From NCBI GenBank assembly GCA_001769505.1, contig MEOF01000051.1, positions 8,737 through 72,736 on the forward strand: a stretch of 64,000 nucleotides of DNA, read 5' to 3'. This DNA is from Bacteroidetes bacterium GWF2_33_38. Its GTDB lineage: Bacteria; Bacteroidota; Bacteroidia; Bacteroidales; GWF2-33-38. The position numbers were made by a program, and so were the translations under genes. Every line of letters starts with the position of its first letter. Position 1 is the stretch's first letter. Positions 24,761 through 32,948 of the stretch are shown piece by piece. The notes under the pieces were generated by a model that saw nothing but the letters and a program-made list of their open reading frames with translations, made no database searches and was not told the DNA's origin.

Positions 24761-25372
24761 ATGAAAAAACTATCGTTAATTTTAGTTGTGATTTTATTTA
24801 GCATTAAGCTAAATGCACAAGATTTTGAAAGTATAAAAACAGCATTTTCGAAAAGCTACGAATACGAAAAAACGGCAGAATATGCCAACGCTATTGAAGA
24901 GCTAAAAAAAGTTTACGACGAGCAATCGTACGAATTAAACATTCGTATTGCTTGGCTTTCGTACATGTCGGGATTATTTACCGAATCAATTGCATTTTAT
25001 CAAAAGGCTATTGCATTAATGCCATATTCTATCGAAGCTCGATTAGGAGTTGTGTATCCGATGTCGGCTCTTGGAAATTGGAATCAAGTGATTACTCAAT
25101 ATGATAAAATTTTGGAACTCGATCCCGCAAATGCAACGGCAAATTATCGCTTGGGTATGATTTATTACGGAAAAGCAGAGTACGAAAAATCGTTAAATTA
25201 TTTTCAGAAAAACGTGAACTTTTATCCATTTACATACGATTCGTTAATTATGCTTGCTTGGTGTAATTTCAAACTTGGAAAAACTCGTGAGGCGAAAATA
25301 TTGTTTAACAAATCGCTCATGTATAACCCCGACGACTCTTCAGCTAAAGAGGGATTAAGTTTGATAAAATAA
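24761..25372 (+). CDS. Exported TPR-repeat protein
   Basis: Signal peptide MKKLSLILVVILFSIKLNAQ and 3-4 TPR motifs (e.g. ANYRLGMIYYGKAEYEKSLNYFQK). Confidence 0.7.
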   Translation: MKKLSLILVVILFSIKLNAQDFESIKTAFSKSYEYEKTAEYANAIEELKKVYDEQSYELNIRIAWLSYMSGLFTESIAFYQKAIALMPYSIEARLGVVYPMSALGNWNQVITQYDKILELDPANATANYRLGMIYYGKAEYEKSLNYFQKNVNFYPFTYDSLIMLAWCNFKLGKTREAKILFNKSLMYNPDDSSAKEGLSLIK

Positions 25373-25373
25373 C

Positions 25374-25396
25374 AAATCCATAACACTGGATTTTTT
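25374..25396 (+). terminator. Terminator of the six-gene module
   Basis: aaatcca-taacac-tggattt followed by a T-run, immediately after the stop codon. Confidence 0.65.
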
Positions 25397-25439
25397 GAAT
25401 GAATGTTCATTGTTTAGTATCTCAGACATTTTTGTACGC

Positions 25440-25549
25440 CTACAAAAAACCTCGAAGGTTTTCGAAAACCGAAGAGGTTTCGGTGCGTAAAGGTTCTACT
25501 ATAATTTTGGCAGTTTCCGTAACTCGGACAAGAATGTCCGAGTTTTTTT
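25440..25549 (+). ncRNA. Candidate small RNA (~110 nt), function unknown
   Basis: Near-consensus -7 box cATTTTTG at 25427-25434, an internal long hairpin at 25447-25480, and a strong intrinsic terminator actcggaca-agaa-tgtccgagt plus a T-run at 25522-25549. Confidence 0.35.
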
Positions 25550-25676
25550 ACAAACACGCTATTCAATTAATTGTTGGAAAGGATTCCAACAATGGCGGGG
25601 AAATAAAAAGCTATTGACTTTTTATAAATAATATTATACATTTGAATAAAAAAATAAAATCTAAAATCAATCCATT

Positions 25677-26489
25677 ATGAAATCTCTAAACCTAATTTTA
25701 ATTTTAGTGATATTATCATTATCTTCAAAAAGTCAAATTGTATATGAACACTCGTACAATGCTATTCACGGAAATTTACAGGGACCTATTTTGCTTTCAC
25801 ATTCAGGTCATAAATATCAATTTTATGATAATAATACGTACCAATTAATTCTTTATAATTTAAATCATTCTATTTTTAGAACTATTAATGTGCCTTTTAA
25901 TCCATCTTATAATTATAACGGAAGCATTTTTTATGTTTCAGAAACTATATTTGATACAGATTCCTCGAATATTGAATATGTTAGATTAGGTGCTGACAGT
26001 GTTGCTGGGATATACAGAACGGAGATAATTAATGAAGACGGTTCTTTTTTAATGACTCTTGATTCCGGTGCAGTACAAATTGCTCAAACTGATAGTGGTG
26101 CAAAAATGATTTTTCAGGCTACTGATTACTCAACATTCCATAGATATGACATCTATAGCTTACCTGGCTATATTCCCACTCCATGTTGTAACAATAATTC
26201 AATAAATACCACATTAACTAAAAAAGAAACACAAAATAATAACTTCTTTGGCTACCCAAATCCGACAAACGATTTTGTGAAAATTGATTATAAATTGCCA
26301 GAAAATATAACAAATGGCAAAATAGTTTTTTATAATCTCGCTGGTCAGTTTATTAAGCAATTTAATATTGATAATAATTTTGACCATTTATTAATTTCAA
26401 CACAAGATTTATCTGCTGGTTCTTATTATTATAGTTTACAAACAAAAAATGAAATTATTGGAACAAAAAAATTGATTGTAATTAAATAA
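25677..26489 (+). CDS. T9SS C-terminal sorting domain (Por_Secre_tail) secreted protein
   Basis: Signal peptide plus a C-terminal YPNPTNDFVKIDYKLP...FYNLAGQFIKQF...LSAGSYYYSLQTKNEIIGTKKLIVIK. Confidence 0.8.
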   Translation: MKSLNLILILVILSLSSKSQIVYEHSYNAIHGNLQGPILLSHSGHKYQFYDNNTYQLILYNLNHSIFRTINVPFNPSYNYNGSIFYVSETIFDTDSSNIEYVRLGADSVAGIYRTEIINEDGSFLMTLDSGAVQIAQTDSGAKMIFQATDYSTFHRYDIYSLPGYIPTPCCNNNSINTTLTKKETQNNNFFGYPNPTNDFVKIDYKLPENITNGKIVFYNLAGQFIKQFNIDNNFDHLLISTQDLSAGSYYYSLQTKNEIIGTKKLIVIK

Positions 26490-26539
26490 TTTTAAACAGA
26501 ACCCCAGCTCCCCAGTTCTTCGTAGTTTGTCCTCTGCAA

Positions 26540-26569
26540 GTTTGGCGAAGCGTTTGCTTCGTCTTTTTT
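26540..26569 (+). terminator. Hairpin terminator, left arm of a 24-nt inverted repeat
   Basis: gtttggcgaagcgtttgcttcgtc plus a T-run. Its reverse complement recurs at 26729-26752 (22/24 nt). Confidence 0.6.
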
Positions 26570-26728
26570 AATTTTTATAGCATCCGCTAATTTACAGTTT
26601 TCCATCTTAAACTTGCTAATGAAATATATAATATTCTGGTTTTGAAACAATTCCTGCTTTAGCAGTGTCATATATTACAAATATAATTTTTATTATTAAG
26701 TGTAGCAAATGCTCCAATAATAAAAATT

Positions 26729-26752
26729 GACGAAGCAGATGCTTCGCCAAAC
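26729..26752 (-). terminator. Inverted copy of the same hairpin
   Basis: gacgaagcagatgcttcgccaaac. On the minus strand it is followed by T-rich sequence. Confidence 0.5.
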
Positions 26753-26773
26753 TGTGAACATTCTTGTCCGTAG

Positions 26774-26815
26774 AAAAAAACTTCCCGAAAGTTTAAAACT
26801 TTCGGGAAGTTTTTA
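26774..26815. terminator. Bidirectional terminator abutting the receptor gene stop
   Basis: An A-run, the near-perfect palindrome acttcccgaaagttt-a-aaactttcgggaagt, then a T-run. Confidence 0.75.
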
Positions 26816-29029
26816 TTAAAATTGAGCCTTAAGCGATAAAATAAAATTTCGTCCGGCAGCAACAATACCCGAACTGTAAGGTCGGTATCGCTGGTCGGTA
26901 ATATTTTCTAAGCCTGCACTAATCGTAAAAGCTTCGTTTAGTTGATACATTGCTTTAAAATTTAAGGTGTACCAGCTAGGAGAGTAAGGATTGCCATTTT
27001 CGTCAATAGCATATATCTCTGTTTTTCCTTGTTCTTCAAAAGGTAGTTCCTCAAACTCTTTTTTGTCGCTATACACTGCATAAAATTGAATATTCAATTT
27101 TTTTGTTTGATATGTAAGTCGAGAAACTCCATAGCAAGGAGGTGCGTGTCGTGAAGGACTTGTTGTTCCGTCGTCCATCTCTTCTTCGCCTTTTTGATAA
27201 TTAAAGTCAGATGAAAATCCAAAACCTGAAGGCAATTTTATGTTAATTCCAGCTTGAATTCCATAAACTGTTGCAACAGCAGCATTTTGAATTGCTTGCA
27301 CTTGGCTCAATGTTCCATCATACATAATGCTATCCTCGCCGTTTAACGTAAAATCACGTCGAACTAAAGCATTATCCAAAATGGTGTAATAAGCCGATAA
27401 ATCGAGTTTTAAATATTTACCAACTAGTTTTGCAATATCAATTTCTGCATTATATGCATATTCGGCTTCTAAATCAGGATTTGGAACAATAACAGAACCA
27501 GGCTCTGAATCAAAAACTTTTCCCATATCGTCAACATTAGGCGAGCGAAATCCGGTAGATACATTGGCACGCATTGTCCATTTCTCGGTTGGGTGATACA
27601 CTACTCCAATACTTCCGGTCAATGCCCCGCTATTCATATTTGCGGTTGTGTACGGAAAATGATAAAAAGTTGTATCAAAAGTTGCGTCAAGTTTATACCG
27701 ATTATATCTTAAGCCTGTTTGAAGTATGACTTTTTCGGAAAACGAGTGATGATTGCTCAAATATGCGGCATACGAAGCCCATGTAGATTGTGGATATCGA
27801 GCAGGGCCATCGGTTTTTTCACCCGTTTCGATGTTTTCATCAATCCCGATTGAATTTACATCGTTTTGAACAGCTTCAATTCCATAATACATGGTATTTT
27901 TTTCGGAGATTGATTTTTTAAAATCAACATTTATTGAATATGCATCAACTTTTTCTATTCTGGTTTCTCGGTTCGACTTATTAATATCTCTGCTGATTCG
28001 ACTTTCTTCAAAAAATTGCTGTGCTAGATGAATGCTCATTTCATCGTAAAGTAAATTTTGCCCTTTGTGAGAAATACTCAAATTATTCATCATCCATTTT
28101 TGCGGACCATAATTCCATTCTCCATATCGCGGTAATCCATTTTTATAACGAATATGACGGTCGTAACGAGAGTATTCCGACGTTTCGGAATAATGGAATC
28201 CATATTGAAAATCCCATTTATCGTTTGGTCTGAATCGTAGTTTTTCCATCATATTTATTTGTGAATAACCTGTTGGACGTTGTACTCTTGGGTCGCTGTT
28301 GGTTACAATAACATCAACACTGTCTTGCCGTTGTACATAAAATGGTCGCAAATACTCATCTGGTCCTTTGCTTCCCATTCGCAAATCGCCAAAATCACTT
28401 GATGTGAAACTAGTAAGCGAAGCCCACTTTTTCCAACCCACATTTACATCAAAATGAGCTGTATTTTCGTTATTTGCTGAAGAATATCGAGTTAGGGCTT
28501 TTCCTGTAACATTTGCTTTGTCGCAAGTCGATAATTTTGGTGTCAGTGTTTGAAAATTCATGACCCCTCCAATGGCATCGCTTCCGTAAATCACCGAATT
28601 TGGACCAAATAAAATTTCAGTACTTTCGGTTGCAAAAGGATCGAGCGAAATAACATTTTGTAAGTTTCCGCTACGAAAAATTGCCGTATTCATCCGAACT
28701 CCATCGACGATGTATAAAAGTCGATTGGTCGAAAAACCTCGAATCATTGGACTTCCGCCACCTTGTTGACTTTTTTGAATAAAAACCTCACCTGATGCTC
28801 CAAGTAAATCGGCAGCAGTTTGTGGATTTTGAAGACTAACTTCTTTTGCCGAAATTTTGCTTACTTTATTCGAAATATTAAACTTTGATTGCGACCACTT
28901 GTTCGCAGAAATAACTACCTCGTCAAGAGTTATATCGCTCTCCGAAGTACTGTCAGGCTCTATTAAAACCTGAGCCCTTGTGCTAAAACTATATACAAGT
29001 ATTAGCAGTAAAAATAATGTGTTTTTCAT
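26816..29029 (-). CDS. TonB-dependent receptor, HmuR/heme-receptor-like
   Basis: Signal peptide, plug region QKSQQGGGSPMIRGF...NRLLYIVDGVRMNTAIFRSGNLQN, FRSP...NPDL (compare FRAP/NPNL), and a terminal ...LSLKAQF. Confidence 0.8.
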   Translation of the reverse strand: MKNTLFLLLILVYSFSTRAQVLIEPDSTSESDITLDEVVISANKWSQSKFNISNKVSKISAKEVSLQNPQTAADLLGASGEVFIQKSQQGGGSPMIRGFSTNRLLYIVDGVRMNTAIFRSGNLQNVISLDPFATESTEILFGPNSVIYGSDAIGGVMNFQTLTPKLSTCDKANVTGKALTRYSSANNENTAHFDVNVGWKKWASLTSFTSSDFGDLRMGSKGPDEYLRPFYVQRQDSVDVIVTNSDPRVQRPTGYSQINMMEKLRFRPNDKWDFQYGFHYSETSEYSRYDRHIRYKNGLPRYGEWNYGPQKWMMNNLSISHKGQNLLYDEMSIHLAQQFFEESRISRDINKSNRETRIEKVDAYSINVDFKKSISEKNTMYYGIEAVQNDVNSIGIDENIETGEKTDGPARYPQSTWASYAAYLSNHHSFSEKVILQTGLRYNRYKLDATFDTTFYHFPYTTANMNSGALTGSIGVVYHPTEKWTMRANVSTGFRSPNVDDMGKVFDSEPGSVIVPNPDLEAEYAYNAEIDIAKLVGKYLKLDLSAYYTILDNALVRRDFTLNGEDSIMYDGTLSQVQAIQNAAVATVYGIQAGINIKLPSGFGFSSDFNYQKGEEEMDDGTTSPSRHAPPCYGVSRLTYQTKKLNIQFYAVYSDKKEFEELPFEEQGKTEIYAIDENGNPYSPSWYTLNFKAMYQLNEAFTISAGLENITDQRYRPYSSGIVAAGRNFILSLKAQF

Positions 29030-29089
29030 TACTCATAAATTAAATTTTATTCACTCAAAAAAAGTGAATGATTAAACAATGTGAAAATT

Positions 29090-29638
29090 TTAAACTGAGA
29101 ATGAAAACTGTTTTGGTGGTGGTGTAATTTGCTTTGCGAAAATATCATCTAAAAAAGCGATTGAGTGAATATTTATTTCATCGCTAATGTTAAATAAGGT
29201 ATTTGTATCGTGTAAACCAACAATAGCAACAATTTTAAGCAACTTTAAGGTTCTTTGTTTGCTTTGCTTTTGTGGAACATTTGTATTTGCTAAATCGTCA
29301 GAATATTTTAAAAAATTATCGACAAGCATTTCTTCGTCAGTATCGTTTATACAATATAACTTAACTTGATTTTGTGTTTTTTCGGTTTTTAAAATATCGT
29401 AAAGCTTTCCTTTGTATCTAAATTCCTTTACTTTAACCCACCTAAAATCATTATCTGGATTATCTAAATATGATTGTTCAAATTCAAAGCATTCCAATGA
29501 ATTTACATCTACATGTTGACGAGTAAGTAGTTTAATTTCTTTTCGGATAGAATACTGAATTGACTTAAAGACAATGAAATAACCGAATGAATAGAATAAT
29601 AATATGAAAACGAATAATATTGGAATAATTTTTTTCAA
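29090..29638 (-). CDS. Hypothetical N-terminally anchored protein (182 aa)
   Basis: One TM helix (IIPILFVFILLFYSFGYFIVF). The FRWVKVKEFRYKGKLYDI block is not assignable to a named family. Confidence 0.5.
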   Translation of the reverse strand: MKKIIPILFVFILLFYSFGYFIVFKSIQYSIRKEIKLLTRQHVDVNSLECFEFEQSYLDNPDNDFRWVKVKEFRYKGKLYDILKTEKTQNQVKLYCINDTDEEMLVDNFLKYSDDLANTNVPQKQSKQRTLKLLKIVAIVGLHDTNTLFNISDEINIHSIAFLDDIFAKQITPPPKQFSFSV

Positions 29639-29698
29639 ATCTTACTTTCTTTATTGCAAAAGTAGGATTTAAGTACGAAAAAAAATATTTTTTTAAAA

Positions 29699-31726
29699 TT
29701 ATTTGATGATTTCTTCTAAAACGTTTTTCTTTTTATAGGTTTCAACTGTTTTTTTTGTTTTGGGCATATTGATTATTGCAATCATTGAAAGAGCTCCTTC
29801 GCTTGATGAAAAATAAGATTCGGGAGAAAATATTACCCAATCGACTTTTGAAAGACTTGCGATTGAAACTTTTAGTTGATTGTTTTTGTCGAAAATTTCG
29901 ATAATTCCGTCTTGATTCGCCGAAAACAAAAAATTAGCAGTATTTTCAATCAGAATTGTTTTTTCAAACTCGTTGGTCTCAACTATATTAAAGTCGGCAA
30001 CATTAAGTACAAACCGTTGTTTTGTGATGTCGTCGATAATTATGAGATTGTTATTCGAAATAGTGTTCACATATGAAATATGTTGAATTTTTGTTTCAAA
30101 TTTTTTGATTAATGTTAGCGTTTTTGATTCGTATACGATGACTTTTCCATATTCGGTAAAAGCAAATATCAATTTATTATCGTCGGAAAAAACGAGCGAA
30201 ACAATTTCTTCGGCGATTTCAGTAACAATAGTTTGCTCCGAAATTACATCAACAAGAGTTAAGGAGTTTAAATTTGCGAAAACTACCTGTTTTCTATCTT
30301 TAGAAATTGCTGAAGCCAATACCTTGTTTTCACTCAAAAGCTGATTGTCGATTGTAATTTTTTTTGATACATCGTAGCTTTTAATATTGCTGTTTTTGCT
30401 TACAATTATTATGTCGGAATTTTCAGAGAAATAGCCTGAGAACACGGACTCGTTTTTCACAATTAATTCAGTTGTGTCATTATTCAAATTATGTAAATAT
30501 AAGCGAATATGCTCGGTTGTTTCAAACGTGTTTTCGTCGTAACTGTTTTCCTTGCTTGTTATCAATAACATGGTTGAATCGGGACTAAACAAAAGATTTG
30601 TTATTACACCTTCGAAATTATCTAAAATTTTAAAATCCAATGTTTTGGTGTTCCATATTCGCACGTTGTTGTCGTTGTTTGAAGTTGCGATATACGATAA
30701 ATTCTCGTTTAACGCTAGACTTTTAATTTCATTGGCTGTTCCACAAGTTTTTATAATTCTGAATTTATGCATTTGAGCCATGTCGAGAATACTGATAATT
30801 CCATTTTTTGAAGCAAAAATTATTTCTTTGTTGTCTTCTGAAAATTTTACATCGATAATTTCTGAATTCCCTCCTTCTTTCGAAAGAATTACGTGTGTGC
30901 TATCAATGTCCCAGACTCTAACTTCATTTTCTGCAGAGCCTGTAAGCAAATATTTTCCATCGCTTGAAATTCCAATTGAATTTATTGCGGTTGAGTAAAT
31001 ATCGCTGAAATTTTTAATGAGTTTTTTACTTGTCATTGAATGCAAGCTCGTTTTTCCCGATTTTCCGGTCATTAAAATATGTTGTTTGTCAAGAAACTCA
31101 ATATTGCCCACAATTTGTGATACATTTTCAAAAGCCGAGCTTATACTTTCGGGATTGTTAATGTTAACTATTTTTATTGCATCAAGTTCGTTCAAGCTAT
31201 AAATAAATTCGTTATCCGATTCGGGAATAAATTTTACCGACAAAACATCTTTTTGTAAATCGTTTAGTTGGAACGATATTTTTGACGAATCAATATCCCA
31301 AATAATTATCGAGCCTTCGTATCCGGCAATAATTTTTTTATCGTTCGCCGAAATATCAAGCGACTTAACATCTTTGAGAATATCAGTATTTAACGTAGAA
31401 ATTAATTTTTTGGAGTTAATATCAAATATGCAAACCTCTCCAGTAATCAATCCTGCTAAAAACCTTGTGTTGCTTGAATTAAACAAAAGTGTATTTGCAT
31501 TCGATTTGATTCCTGAAAAAGTAAAAATTTCTTTTCCTGTTTTTATATCCCACAATTTAATTGTTTTATCGGAACCAGCACTAGCAGCGAGTTTCCCATT
31601 GTTAGAAATTTCGATTGTAGTAATTTGTTTGGTGTGTCCAAAAGAAAAATTCAATTCTTGGTTTTGTGCTTTTGACATAAAAGCTGTAGAAATTATGGCA
31701 ATGAAAATAAATATATAGTGCTTCAT
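29699..31726 (-). CDS. Exported WD40-repeat beta-propeller protein
   Basis: Signal peptide MKHYIFIFIAIISTAFMSKAQ. Canonical repeats include GHTKQITTIEISNNGKLAASAGSDKTIKLWDIKTGKE and SAENEVRVWD. 675 aa is enough for two propellers. Confidence 0.8.
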   Translation of the reverse strand: MKHYIFIFIAIISTAFMSKAQNQELNFSFGHTKQITTIEISNNGKLAASAGSDKTIKLWDIKTGKEIFTFSGIKSNANTLLFNSSNTRFLAGLITGEVCIFDINSKKLISTLNTDILKDVKSLDISANDKKIIAGYEGSIIIWDIDSSKISFQLNDLQKDVLSVKFIPESDNEFIYSLNELDAIKIVNINNPESISSAFENVSQIVGNIEFLDKQHILMTGKSGKTSLHSMTSKKLIKNFSDIYSTAINSIGISSDGKYLLTGSAENEVRVWDIDSTHVILSKEGGNSEIIDVKFSEDNKEIIFASKNGIISILDMAQMHKFRIIKTCGTANEIKSLALNENLSYIATSNNDNNVRIWNTKTLDFKILDNFEGVITNLLFSPDSTMLLITSKENSYDENTFETTEHIRLYLHNLNNDTTELIVKNESVFSGYFSENSDIIIVSKNSNIKSYDVSKKITIDNQLLSENKVLASAISKDRKQVVFANLNSLTLVDVISEQTIVTEIAEEIVSLVFSDDNKLIFAFTEYGKVIVYESKTLTLIKKFETKIQHISYVNTISNNNLIIIDDITKQRFVLNVADFNIVETNEFEKTILIENTANFLFSANQDGIIEIFDKNNQLKVSIASLSKVDWVIFSPESYFSSSEGALSMIAIINMPKTKKTVETYKKKNVLEEIIK

Positions 31727-31767
31727 ATTTTTGTGTTTCTTTTCCTGAAGTCAAATATTATGCAATT

Positions 31768-32805
31768 TTATTTTGCCTTGTCGAGCGTAAAAGTAAACGT
31801 TGTTAATTTTTCGGGCAGACTTTTAACATTAATGGTTTGCTTGTGAGCTTCGATAATATGTTTAACAATTGATAATCCGAGTCCGGTTCCGCCTTGATCT
31901 CTTGAACGGCTTTTATCAACTCGGTAAAATCGTTCAAAGATTCGATTGATGTGTTTTTCGGGAATTCCTATTCCGTTGTCGGTAATTTCGAATAAAATTT
32001 TATCGCCTAAATTATACAAATCAATTTTGGTTTCGCCGCCGATATTTCCGTATTTTATAGAGTTGTTAATCAAATTGTTGAATAAAATAAAAACATGACT
32101 TTTATCGGCATTTACAAAAGTTGTTTTGGTATTTAATAATCGAACATTAATGTTTTTTTCCGATGCAAATATTTCGTGATTTTCGATAACATCTTCGATT
32201 AGTTTTGTGATGTCGAAGTTTTCTCTTTCAAGTGCCAAAACATTCGATTCAAGTTTCGTTATAGACTCTAAATCGTTAATAATCGAAATCATTCGATTTA
32301 TGCTTTTTTCGGCACGTAATAAATATTTTTTATTAATGGTTTCATCTTCTAATCCTCCGTCGATAAGAGTCGAAATATAGCCTAACATACTGAATATTGG
32401 TGTTTTAAGCTCGTGCGAAATATTTCCGATATATTCTTTTCGAAAAGCTTCCATTTCTTTAAGTTTTTCAATTTCCGACGATTTGTTGCGATTCCACACC
32501 ATAACATCGTGTTCGACTTTTGAAAAAACATTGATATCTTCAAACGAAGTATCGAAATTCTCGATTTTTGAACCAACAGAGTAAATTGTTTTGTAAATAG
32601 GCAAAATTCGGGAAATGATAAATTTTTTGAAAATATAGTAAATTAGCAAATAAATAATGGCAATAAAACTAAGTCCGAATATCAAAAAGTATTTCCAAAA
32701 ATCAGGCTGATTATAATCGCATATAAAAAATATAATGCTTGCGAATAGCGATGTCACAAATAACGAAATGAAAAAAGCCAATTGCTGAGGAGATAGTTTT
32801 TTCAT
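31768..32805 (-). CDS. Sensor histidine kinase (two TM helices, HisKA, HATPase); no cognate regulator adjacent
   Basis: SHELKTPI, DNGIGIP and GGTGLGLSIVKHIIEAH. I prefer the start MKKLSPQQ at 32805. Confidence 0.8.
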   Translation of the reverse strand: MKKLSPQQLAFFISLFVTSLFASIIFFICDYNQPDFWKYFLIFGLSFIAIIYLLIYYIFKKFIISRILPIYKTIYSVGSKIENFDTSFEDINVFSKVEHDVMVWNRNKSSEIEKLKEMEAFRKEYIGNISHELKTPIFSMLGYISTLIDGGLEDETINKKYLLRAEKSINRMISIINDLESITKLESNVLALERENFDITKLIEDVIENHEIFASEKNINVRLLNTKTTFVNADKSHVFILFNNLINNSIKYGNIGGETKIDLYNLGDKILFEITDNGIGIPEKHINRIFERFYRVDKSRSRDQGGTGLGLSIVKHIIEAHKQTINVKSLPEKLTTFTFTLDKAK

Positions 32806-32903
32806 ACACAATTTTTTTACAAATAAACAAAATTTATTGGGCAAAAAAGAAATTGTTACACAATTTGAAAAAGAAGTGAGTACGAAAATGATTTATGCTA
32901 TAC

Positions 32904-32934
32904 AAAAAAGGCTGTCGAATTTCGGCAGCCTTTT
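32904..32934. terminator. Terminator after the EF-G paralog (minus strand)
   Basis: An A-run, ggctgtcgaa-t-ttcggcagcc (one G.U pair), then a T-run. Confidence 0.75.
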
Positions 32935-32948
32935 CATTATTATAAGAT

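Noticed and set aside
25399-25617. A 72-aa plus-strand ORF in the gap after the TPR gene, considered as a possible precursor peptide for the ATP-grasp module.
   Set aside because: It reads through two strong hairpins and an intrinsic terminator and has no peptide-like features. An sRNA or non-coding region explains it better.
26540-26752. I considered whether the inverted repeats mark an invertible promoter (Bacteroides-type phase-variation switch).
   Set aside because: The element lies between the 3' ends of two convergent genes, so an invertible promoter would drive nothing. No invertase gene is nearby, and each arm looks like a terminator.
26668-26865. A 65-aa minus-strand ORF spanning the terminator region and the receptor gene's 3' end.
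   Set aside because: It crosses two terminator hairpins and overlaps the receptor stop region, with no supporting features.
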